Virus record (IMG/VR): IMGVR_UViG_3300038300_000071 | Coordinates: 32,001-96,000 of that record | Strand: one strand, 5' to 3' | DNA: 64,000 bases | Source: a virus | Taxonomy: Duplodnaviria > Caudoviricetes | Shown: piece after piece, positions 50,217 to 58,719 of the stretch | Layout of the letters: each line of letters begins with the position of its first letter | Position numbering within the stretch: the first letter of the stretch is position 1 | Position numbers and translations under genes: made by a program | The notes under the pieces: model-generated | Told to the model about the DNA's origin: nothing | The model's database searches: none | What the model saw: the letters and a program-made list of their open reading frames with translations, nothing else

Positions 50217-50291
50217 ACCTCTGTGGGCAAATTGGCAAAGTCGCTCCGTTTAGGCCGGAGAGTTTTCTGGGTTCGAGTCCCAGCAGAGGTA
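50217..50291 (+). tRNA. tRNA-Leu(TAG), short variable loop
   Basis: ctccg-tt-TAG-gc-cggag, A73. Confidence 0.85.
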
Positions 50292-50565
50292 TTAAGGAAA
50301 CAATAAGAGGGATGGTGCTGTGAGTGATTGGGGCGATAGAGATGATGACGACTGGTTTAAGGATCGTCAAAGGCAAGGATTAAAGGAGGAGTTAAGCAGG
50401 CCGCAAAAGCTTTGCAAATGGCTGTTGGAAAAAACATTTGTCATGGCTTTTATTGCATTTGTGTTATCGTTTGCAGTGGGAAGTTTAATACCGCTGTGTG
50501 TATTTTTTGCAGTAGAGTCGGCTGCTTTGTTTTATTTGTTAGTATTTAATTAATGTAAAGGCGGT

Positions 50566-51108
50566 ATGGTTATGATCAGAAGGATAAATTTCCTTGGTGG
50601 AGCTTGCACTGGAAAGTCAACCATGGCCGCTGGTATATTTTCAAAGTTAAGAAAGAATGGATTCAGCGCAGAACTTACAGGAGAGTTTGTAAAGGATTGG
50701 GCTTATACTGGCAGAGTGGCTACTAAATTTGACAGCCTGACAACTTTTTCAAATCAGCTTTACAGAGAAGAGCTTCCACTGAAGAGTGGGATTGACTTAG
50801 TGGTCAATGACAGTCCTATATTGTTGAGTATAATTTATGCAAAAAATGATAGCGTGGGAATAGAAGAGGCAATGCTTCAAATTCTCAATAAGTTTGAGAG
50901 TTATTATCCTTCATTGAATATATTTCTAGAGAGGGATGGTATTGATTATGAGAATGAGGGAAGGTATTCCGGTTTAGACGTCGCTGAAAGAATAGATGGT
51001 GAAATATTAAATGCTCTAAGTTCAAATGGCATCGAGTATAAGCTGATGAAAAGCTTAGATGATAGTGCGGTATATGAATATATAATGAATGAATTAAATA
51101 AAAATTAA
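50566..51108 (+). CDS. P-loop kinase (AAA_28/NadR-like)
   Basis: GGACTGKST, EFVKDWAY, DSP. Confidence 0.75.
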   Translation: MVMIRRINFLGGACTGKSTMAAGIFSKLRKNGFSAELTGEFVKDWAYTGRVATKFDSLTTFSNQLYREELPLKSGIDLVVNDSPILLSIIYAKNDSVGIEEAMLQILNKFESYYPSLNIFLERDGIDYENEGRYSGLDVAERIDGEILNALSSNGIEYKLMKSLDDSAVYEYIMNELNKN

Positions 51109-51156
51109 ATAATCTAATGTTAGTGTTAATTGTTAGTTATTTAATGGGATTGGAAA

Positions 51157-51789
51157 ATGGAATCTTCAAATGTAGCACATCGTAAGACTTTAGTTCTTAA
51201 TCGTAATTTTAGCCCAATAAGTATAGTAGATAGTTTGGAAGCCATATGTAAGGTTTACACGGGAGCGGCAAAAGTTCTAGGCTCTGACTGGCAGAAGTAC
51301 GACTTTACCGATTGGGTAGACAATTGGGAAGACATTGCAGAGATGACTGGATGCGAAGTGGATTCAGGAAGATTAATAAATGGAACTTTCATTTCTCCTG
51401 AAATAATAATACTGGAAGTATACAAGGGTCATCACAGGCCTCATTCTAATTTCTCAAGAAGAAATATATTCATAAGGGATGAGAATACGTGTCAATACTG
51501 CAGTTACCATTCAAACGATAGAAAGAAATTCAATTTAGATCATGTTGTTGCAAAGTCGAAAGGTGGATTGGCGACATGGGAAAATATAGTTTTGTCATGT
51601 TTTCCTTGCAACAGAAAGAAAGCAAGTATGACTTTGAAGGAGGCTAATATGAAATTGTTAAGAGAGCCTAAGAAGCCTTTGTTTAATCAGCCAGAGTTTG
51701 GATTTGGTTCGAATAAGAAAGTTTCTACTCCCAAGAGTTGGGATGACTTTGTAGGAAGTCTATATTGGAATACAACCTTGAGGGACTGA
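51157..51789 (+). CDS. HNH endonuclease (McrA-like)
   Basis: RD..TCQYC, DHV..KS.GG..WEN.V.SC..CN..K. Confidence 0.9.
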   Translation: MESSNVAHRKTLVLNRNFSPISIVDSLEAICKVYTGAAKVLGSDWQKYDFTDWVDNWEDIAEMTGCEVDSGRLINGTFISPEIIILEVYKGHHRPHSNFSRRNIFIRDENTCQYCSYHSNDRKKFNLDHVVAKSKGGLATWENIVLSCFPCNRKKASMTLKEANMKLLREPKKPLFNQPEFGFGSNKKVSTPKSWDDFVGSLYWNTTLRD

Positions 51790-51928
51790 TTCAAGGATTG
51801 GGATGCGTTGAGTTTTAATCATAATGAAAGGTGTTTTTGATAATGAATGTGAATTAGTGAAGGTTTAGTTTCTCCCGATGTTTTAGATTTATTAGATTAT
51901 ATAATGAACGAAGTTTAACAGATAGAGA

Positions 51929-52186
51929 TTGCCAGTAATGCATCATATTGAAATAGAGTTGTTACCGTGTCCGTTTTGTAGAAGTAAAGATATTGAGCTT
52001 GTGAGTATTGATTGGAGGAAGGGGGTTAGGTGCAACTCTTGCCATGCCCAAGGCCCAAAAGTTCAAACGCCTCCAGATGTCGCATTTAGCAATGAAGCGG
52101 CTGTAAGATGGAATGAATATGGAGTAAATATAGTGGGAGTTAAGAAAAAAAATAATAAAAACATTGAAAAAAAGCAAATTGCATAG
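51929..52186 (+). CDS. Lar-like restriction alleviation Zn-finger protein
   Basis: LLPCPFC...C..C.AQGP...A..RWN. Confidence 0.65.
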   Translation: MPVMHHIEIELLPCPFCRSKDIELVSIDWRKGVRCNSCHAQGPKVQTPPDVAFSNEAAVRWNEYGVNIVGVKKKNNKNIEKKQIA

Positions 52187-52267
52187 AAATTTTTAACTTC
52201 TTTGTTGTAGTATATATGGATGTCCGTGGAAGCGGATAAAAATATAAATAAACAAGGAAGAATAAAA

Positions 52268-52648
52268 ATGCAAAAAACAGCAAATGCGGAAAAGTTAGCG
52301 GAAGCAGGAAGAAAGTCTTGGATAACTAGAAGAGAGAATGAACTAAAGCGTAAGCGCAGTGAAGCTGGCAAGAAGGCGGCTCTTACTCGTAAAGCCAATC
52401 GTGATGCTCTTCTTAAAGAAGAAGCTAAAGTTGCTCGTGCAACTAAGCGAAAGTCTACATCTAAGGCTAAGAGTTCTACACCTAAAGCTAAGTCAACTAC
52501 CGCTAAGACAAAAACTTCAAAAGCTAAGAAGGCTGTGGCAAAGAAGGTTGAAGTTTCACCTTTGACTAAGAATCAGAAGTTGAAACTTCAGCGTAGCGAA
52601 GCTGCTAAGAAATCATGGGCAACAAGAAGAAAGAACGCAAAGAAGTAA
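52268..52648 (+). CDS. basic histone H1-like DNA-binding protein with repeats
   Basis: K/A-rich; three SEA(G/A)KK(S/A)-TRR-type repeats. Confidence 0.6.
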   Translation: MQKTANAEKLAEAGRKSWITRRENELKRKRSEAGKKAALTRKANRDALLKEEAKVARATKRKSTSKAKSSTPKAKSTTAKTKTSKAKKAVAKKVEVSPLTKNQKLKLQRSEAAKKSWATRRKNAKK

Positions 52649-52979
52649 AAAGTACTCTAGGGGGAAATACTCCTAGAAGTGCTGCACTGGGGGGAAGAAC
52701 GACATTTACTGAATACAAATGTCCGATTTGCTCAGAAACAGATGCGTACTACTACATTGTAGATGCCGCAGGGTCGAGAGGTAACTCTTGGCTTTGCGGC
52801 ATTTGTGGTTCTAGGAATTCGCCTTATTTGTCCGATTTGCCATTCGGATGCTTAGCAACAGGCATTAAGAAAGGTGTCTGAGATTATTAGAATTAAATAC
52901 AGGATCATTAATATGCGTAGAAATCTCTATGGTATATGATTATAATTGATTCTTAATCTTAAAAGTTAGGTAAATTAAT

Positions 52980-53735
52980 ATGCGGAAGAAGAAGAGAGCG
53001 GAAGAATCGTCTTTAAAGAATACTGGTGGAAAAAATAATCCTGTTGGAGAAGACTGGAAAAAGCCTTGGTGTACTTTTAAAGGCAATGATAACGGACTTA
53101 AACAGAAGCAATATTGCGATTTAATAGGTAGCAGCGAAATAACTATATGTGCTGGCCCAGCTGGAACGGGGAAATCATATATCTCAATATACAAGGCGTT
53201 GGATTTGCTATGGAAGAAGGGTAATGGATATGATAAGATAACTTTATTTAAGCCAGTAGTTGAAGCTGATGAGAAGATAGGATTCCTACCTGGCAGCGTC
53301 GAAGATAAGATTTCCGTATATTCAAGTTCTTCTTTGAGCATAATTGACAAGATAATCGGGAAAGAGAAGAGATTGGAATTGGTATCAATGGGAATTATTG
53401 AATGTAGAGCTTTGGCCTACATAAGAGGAGATAGTTTTGATCATACCATTCTAATTCTAGAAGAGGGGCAGAACTCTAGCCCAAGGCAGATGAAAACGTT
53501 ATTGACGAGAATTGGTGAAAAGACTAAATATATTATCAATGGAGATATGGATCAGTCTGACAGATTCAAAGATTACACAAAAACAGGCCTTTATGATGTG
53601 GTTAATAGGCTAAAGGGAATTGAAGGTGTTGGAACGTTTGAGTTTGAAATAGGCGACATCGTTAGGAATCCGATTATCAGTAAAATTCTTGAAAGGTATG
53701 AAGATGACTATGATGATGGAAGAATGTTTGAATAA
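52980..53735 (+). CDS. phoH: PhoH family ATPase
   Basis: GPAGTGKS, GFLPG, YIRG, LTRIGE, GD..Q.D, DIVRNP. Confidence 0.93.
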   Translation: MRKKKRAEESSLKNTGGKNNPVGEDWKKPWCTFKGNDNGLKQKQYCDLIGSSEITICAGPAGTGKSYISIYKALDLLWKKGNGYDKITLFKPVVEADEKIGFLPGSVEDKISVYSSSSLSIIDKIIGKEKRLELVSMGIIECRALAYIRGDSFDHTILILEEGQNSSPRQMKTLLTRIGEKTKYIINGDMDQSDRFKDYTKTGLYDVVNRLKGIEGVGTFEFEIGDIVRNPIISKILERYEDDYDDGRMFE

Positions 53736-53759
53736 TATTTAAAAAAAAGAAAAAGCAAG

Positions 53760-53788
53760 TGGACAATATTAGTTTCATGCGCTATAAT
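53760..53788 (+). promoter_or_regulatory. sigma70-type promoter
   Basis: TGGACA-17 nt-TATAAT upstream of the odd tRNA. Confidence 0.65.
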
Positions 53789-53859
53789 AAAGACATAAGC
53801 TTCAATATATAAAGAATCAGGCAAAATAAAAAAGTGATTAATTGAGAGGCTTATGTTTT

Positions 53860-53946
53860 GGATATATAGCTCAGCGGCCAGAGCAGAAGGATTCTAACCC
53901 TTTGGTAGTCGAAAGGCAGGCGCAGGTTCGATTCCTGTTATATCCT
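53860..53946 (+). tRNA. tRNA with ATTCTAAC loop: possible amber suppressor (CTA) or 8-nt-loop tRNA, long variable arm
   Basis: ggatata/tatatcc acceptor, D and T arms; gaagg-attctaac-ccttt. Confidence 0.6.
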
Positions 53947-53974
53947 TTTCTTATATTCATTGCGGCGACGCTAG

Positions 53975-54115
53975 TACATGCGGACTAAAGCGAACGGTGG
54001 AGCACCTCTAAAGTGTTCTTGACAAGCAAGGAAATGTACTGCTTGTCAAATATAAGATCGAGGCTTGATTTTCTTGTTGCGGAAAATCTGATCGCAAGCG
54101 GTAGAAGTCCGAAGT
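53975..54115 (+). ncRNA. unidentified structured RNA
   Basis: cggact/agtccg closing stem enclosing three hairpins and a candidate pseudoknot. Confidence 0.45.
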
Positions 54116-54265
54116 AACATTATTTTTTAACGTAAGTAAACAAAAGCAAAGTAAGGAAAAGAAAATGAAAAAAGTATTCTTGTAGATCAAAAGAGGCCCT
54201 CCGGCATTAATTCGGTGTTTAAAAGTTTTTAGAGTTGAATTAATTAAATATATCGGAGAAGAAAA

Positions 54266-54634
54266 ATGATTACTATTGAAAAAAATGAAACAGAAGTAAG
54301 TGAAATAGAAGTAAACAAGATTAGAGCAGTTAAGGCTAACTTGAAGACGAAGATTAAAGACCAAGCTGTTCTTCAGAAGAGAGCCAAGTCTAATAATAAA
54401 GAAGTACAGCGTGAAGTAACTAAGTGTGGATGGAATTCAGATCTTTACAAGAGAAGAATGATCAATTTGTCCTACGACATTACGCTAACCCACATTCTTT
54501 ATAATCGCCTAAGAAATAGACCTCCTCATACAGGATCTGTCGAAAGCGATAATTCATACATGTCTACGTATGGAGATTACTCAAATATAAAAAATGATCT
54601 AGAGTCTAGATTCTCAATAAGCTTGGGAGTTTAA
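54266..54634 (+). CDS. hypothetical phage protein
   Basis: GGAG RBS, 122 aa. Confidence 0.6.
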   Translation: MITIEKNETEVSEIEVNKIRAVKANLKTKIKDQAVLQKRAKSNNKEVQREVTKCGWNSDLYKRRMINLSYDITLTHILYNRLRNRPPHTGSVESDNSYMSTYGDYSNIKNDLESRFSISLGV

Positions 54635-54635
54635 G

Positions 54636-54962
54636 ATGGAATCTAGAATGTATATCTTAGTCAATAAGTCGTTGACCAAATCTCAAAGAATACCTCAATC
54701 ATCTCATGCAGTGGCAGAATTTATGCATACTCATGGGTCTGACAAAAAGGTTAAGACTTGGGTGGAAGATCACAGAACGATGGTTGTCCTTGAATCTGAC
54801 TTTAGCAATATGGATGACATATTAAATACAGTCGAAAAGGATGGATATAAGGCCAGATCTTTTAGAGAGCCTGATTTGAACGATGTGGTGACTGCTATTG
54901 CTTTTGAACCTATGACAAGGCAGGAAGGCGGAAAGTATTTTTCAAGATTAAAATTGGCGTAA
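54636..54962 (+). CDS. peptidyl-tRNA hydrolase PTH2-like protein
   Basis: MYILV..L...Q..HA, T.VVL, F.EPDL...TAIA. Confidence 0.7.
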   Translation: MESRMYILVNKSLTKSQRIPQSSHAVAEFMHTHGSDKKVKTWVEDHRTMVVLESDFSNMDDILNTVEKDGYKARSFREPDLNDVVTAIAFEPMTRQEGGKYFSRLKLA

Positions 54963-56303
54963 TGAAGCATTGGAGAGGCTTTACGGCCTCTCTTTTCTTT
55001 TTAAAGGAGTAAAGATGAAAAAAGAAAATTATGATAAGTTGGTAGAAGAATTTGTCGATCTTGAAGATTTGGTTTATGGTCATATTGAAAGGTATAAGGA
55101 GTTCTATGGCGATGGGTGTTGCCATGTCGGTATGGATTCTTTTGATGAATGTACTGTAGAACTTAGCGGAGTTGAGACATGGAGGTATGGAGGTCGAGAG
55201 GAGCATTTCTTAACTTTAGAAGTTGATGATCTGTTTAGCGAAGAGAGAATGAATGTTAAGCTTAAAAAGAGAAGTGATGAGATTATAAAAGAGAAGAATA
55301 AGAAGAAGAGAGCGGAGCAAAGAAAAAAGAGGGAAAAGATTAAAGCTGCTCGTAAGTTGCTAAAGGATAATAACGAATTATGAATGTAAGAGAGCTGATA
55401 AACGAGTTGAAGGGATGCGATCCTGATGCAATAATTTGCACTGGGGGAAATGAGTCTATAAATTATATAGAGTGTTTACCTTCTTATTATGATGGAAGAC
55501 TTATGCATGTAATGCAGGATGAATGTGGAAACCCTGTTAAGATATCGATGAGGAGTGGTGGATCAAAGGTCAAAATGCATTCGTATGACATTGAGGATGT
55601 TATTTTTGATAATCCAAGAATAGAAGTTGAAACTGGGGATGGCTTTAACTCATCTTTAAGTACTTATGCTGAGTGGAGACAGGAAGGTTTAGATTATGAA
55701 AGAAATGCAAGAAAAAAGTTTTATCATTACGGTTATTTAGAAAAGTATGACGACATGTTGTTTATATGGGATGTGGTAGAATTATGAGGAGAAGAGATAT
55801 GAAGAAGGAATTTATAAAAGTAAAGACGGATGGCTTTGAGAATCTAACAGAGGGTAAGATTTATTCAGTTTTGTCTTGCGATGTGTGGGATATGGCCCTA
55901 GTTTATCTTTTTTTTAATGATGTGGGGAAGTTGGTTCAGCATCATGACTGGGAGGATTATTGGGAAGATAACTTTGAGTTAATTAACGAGGAGATGACAG
56001 ATAGGGAGGTGATGATATTTAACAGTGGAATATCTCACGGACTTTGTATAGCAAAGACAGATGTTGACGAAGAGTATGGAATGAAATGCTTTGAGAGGGG
56101 GAAGAAGAAGCGCAAGAGTCTGAAGGAGAAAAAAGGATATCTTTGGTTGGACGATGGGGTTGAGAAGATAAGGAGTAATTTAAATAGTCTTTACAGTGAG
56201 AAGACAGATCATTTCTATGACAGTGGTGATAAAGATGGTATAGTTTGATTTAGAAGTTGAAAAATAAATAATGACGTGTATTGTAATGTAAGAAAAAATA
56301 TAA

Positions 56304-56532
56304 GCCTTGGTAGCTCAATTGGCGTAGAAGGTGAATTATGTATTCGGTGTTTAATAATTGCAATTGTTAATCGGAGAATATATATGAAGCATCTGCACTC
56401 CAACTAATATAAAGGTTTAAGAGTTGGTTATAGAGCGCTGAATTGTGAAGACTGTGAGAGAAAGGCCTTTTAAAGTATCTTATAGAAGTAGCAAATATTC
56501 AGAGGTTTGAGGTTCGAACCCTCACCAAGGCA
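56304..56532 (+). ncRNA. giant tRNA-like RNA with insertions in both D loop and anticodon loop
   Basis: gccttgg/ccaaggc-A acceptor, gctc...gagc D stem, ctgaat...attcag stem, tgaggTTCGAACcctca T arm. Confidence 0.65.
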
Positions 56533-56553
56533 CTTTTAAAAATATAAAAAATA

Positions 56554-57048
56554 ATGGATAATGATATGATAACAATGATGTTCGCAAGTGATGAAGATGG
56601 TTTGATTGGAGATGGTTTAAAAATGCCTTGGCATATTTCATCTGATTTTAAACACTTTAAGAAGTACACTACTGGAAAAAATATAGTGATGGGAAGAAAG
56701 ACAGCTGAGTCTCTTGGCAAGCCTCTTCCAGATAGGGTAAATTATGTATTGTCTAATTCAAAAACAAAAGATACAGAATTCGGCATTAAGTCAGAAGATG
56801 GGTGGATCTATATTGACCATATTGATTTGCTATGGACGGCTGACAATGAAATGGAAGATTTTGTTGTTATTGGTGGGTCTCAAATTTATTCATTGTTCGA
56901 GCAGTATGCTGATAGAATATTATGGACGCAAGTTAATGGAAGCCATAATGGGGATGTTTATTTTAAACTTAAGGATGATTGGTCTAAAAAGGTTCATCTT
57001 GGAGAAGATCCAGAGGGCAAGTGTGTTTTTTGGGAGCTGACTCGTTAA
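56554..57048 (+). CDS. folA: dihydrofolate reductase
   Basis: IG...MPWH..DFKHFK..T, VMGRKT.ES..KPLP.R.N, IGGSQIY, GDVYF. Confidence 0.93.
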   Translation: MDNDMITMMFASDEDGLIGDGLKMPWHISSDFKHFKKYTTGKNIVMGRKTAESLGKPLPDRVNYVLSNSKTKDTEFGIKSEDGWIYIDHIDLLWTADNEMEDFVVIGGSQIYSLFEQYADRILWTQVNGSHNGDVYFKLKDDWSKKVHLGEDPEGKCVFWELTR

Positions 57049-57597
57049 TGAATCCTAGGTCTGATGTGGTGGTGTGTAGTTATTGTGGAATGGATACATG
57101 CGAAGTTTATGAAGAGAATGGAGAGCTTGATGAGTCTTGCGGAATGTGTGGATTTTACAGAGATCCAGTAATGGAGAGAATTCCAAGCCTGCGCGAAGCA
57201 AGTGATGCTATTGATTTTGTCATCTTCTTTAAGGAATGGGCTAATAAGAGGAATATAGAAGAGCCTTCTGACTATGCCATAATGAGGTCAAGAAAAGACG
57301 GAATATCGATGTGGATGAATTTGGAAGATTTACCCGATGGGAAGAGCTTTGCCGAGTATAATGGGGAGCTTGGTTATGACAAGCTGAAGGAAGAAAGCGT
57401 AAAGATTTTTAATTTCTTTTTCAACGATGAAGTTTTCAATGGCGGCCTGAGTGTAACTGAAAAAATGGAAATTGGAAAGGAGGGTGTTGATTTAATGGAA
57501 TATATAATTGGCTGAGAAATATTTTTTTTATATTTAGAACTCTTATAGGAATTAATTAATTAATATATATATAATTTACTTTAGGAGAAAAAGGCCA

Positions 57598-57978
57598 ATG
57601 ATTGACAGTAGCAATGTTATTGAGATTATTGCAATACTACTTACGCTTGGATTGGCATTCAATCAATGGCTTTCGGCTGTAAAGAGAAAAGCCACAGACG
57701 GAGATAGACAGAAGGAGCTAGCCAAACTCAAAGAAGAGATTAAAAGGGAGTTTGACAAAGAACTTGATGAAGTCAAATCTGAATTGGTATCCTTTCGAGG
57801 AGTTAAGTCAAAGGTTGATTTGATAGAAGCGAGAGTTGGCGATATTTTTACTATAATGAATAAGATGTCGGATAATCTTGACAAGTATGTGGAAAAGATA
57901 GAAGCAAACATAGAAAGTAAAAATCAAAAGCATGAAGAGAAAATTAACAATCTTTATTCCATCAAGGTTGATAAGTAG
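57598..57978 (+). CDS. membrane-anchored coiled-coil protein (holin-like?)
   Basis: One N-terminal TM segment followed by coiled coil. Confidence 0.45.
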   Translation: MIDSSNVIEIIAILLTLGLAFNQWLSAVKRKATDGDRQKELAKLKEEIKREFDKELDEVKSELVSFRGVKSKVDLIEARVGDIFTIMNKMSDNLDKYVEKIEANIESKNQKHEEKINNLYSIKVDK

Positions 57979-58316
57979 TGAAGAATCTTAAAATACTGCT
58001 GCTTGAAGATGAAGAAGCAGCAGTATATTTTTCTGGGAAAGAGTTATTGCTTAGTTTTCCAGATGCAGAGTTTGCATTCGTAGCAATTCCAATGTTCAAG
58101 CCTGATATCATCATCCTGCGGTATCAATTCCAAACTTCCACGGCAAAAATAATATTTGAAAAGATTAAAAAGTTCAAAGGCTTGGTAATCTTGCATTCAG
58201 ATATGGATCAAAAGTTTTTAGAGGAAGAATTCAAAGATATTCCGAATATTGCAATCGCAAATAGATCAGATGAAAAAAAGTTAGTAGAAATTATAAAAAA
58301 GAGCTTTAAAAAATAA
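57978..58316 (+). CDS. degenerate receiver-domain-like protein
   Basis: KILLLEDE, PDIIIL(R replaces the phospho-Asp). Confidence 0.45.
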   Translation: MKNLKILLLEDEEAAVYFSGKELLLSFPDAEFAFVAIPMFKPDIIILRYQFQTSTAKIIFEKIKKFKGLVILHSDMDQKFLEEEFKDIPNIAIANRSDEKKLVEIIKKSFKK

Positions 58317-58719
58317 ATAGAACATATATATTCTTATAAATAAATTTAGCTGTGTCTATCAGATACAATAATATAAATAAGGATATATATGAAAAAGAAA
58401 GAGACTGGCGATTGGCTTGAAGTTAGAGGTCAGGAGTTTACAGCAGATGAAGCTCGGCAAGCATCAGACTTTGCCGACACGGTATCAAACTACCACGTTC
58501 AACCCGAAGAATTAAAAGATTTCCTCCTAGAGAATGTTAAATTAGGCCATAGACTATTTATGGCTGAAATGATGCCTATTGATGATATGGGCATTTTATT
58601 ACTTAGTGAAGAAGATGAAAGGCTTATTAAAATTGCTAAAGATAGATGCAATGGAGATAGTGGTGGGTTGTATATCCCTGGGTCATCCAGTGGAATAATA
58701 TTAAAATTAGGAATATAAA

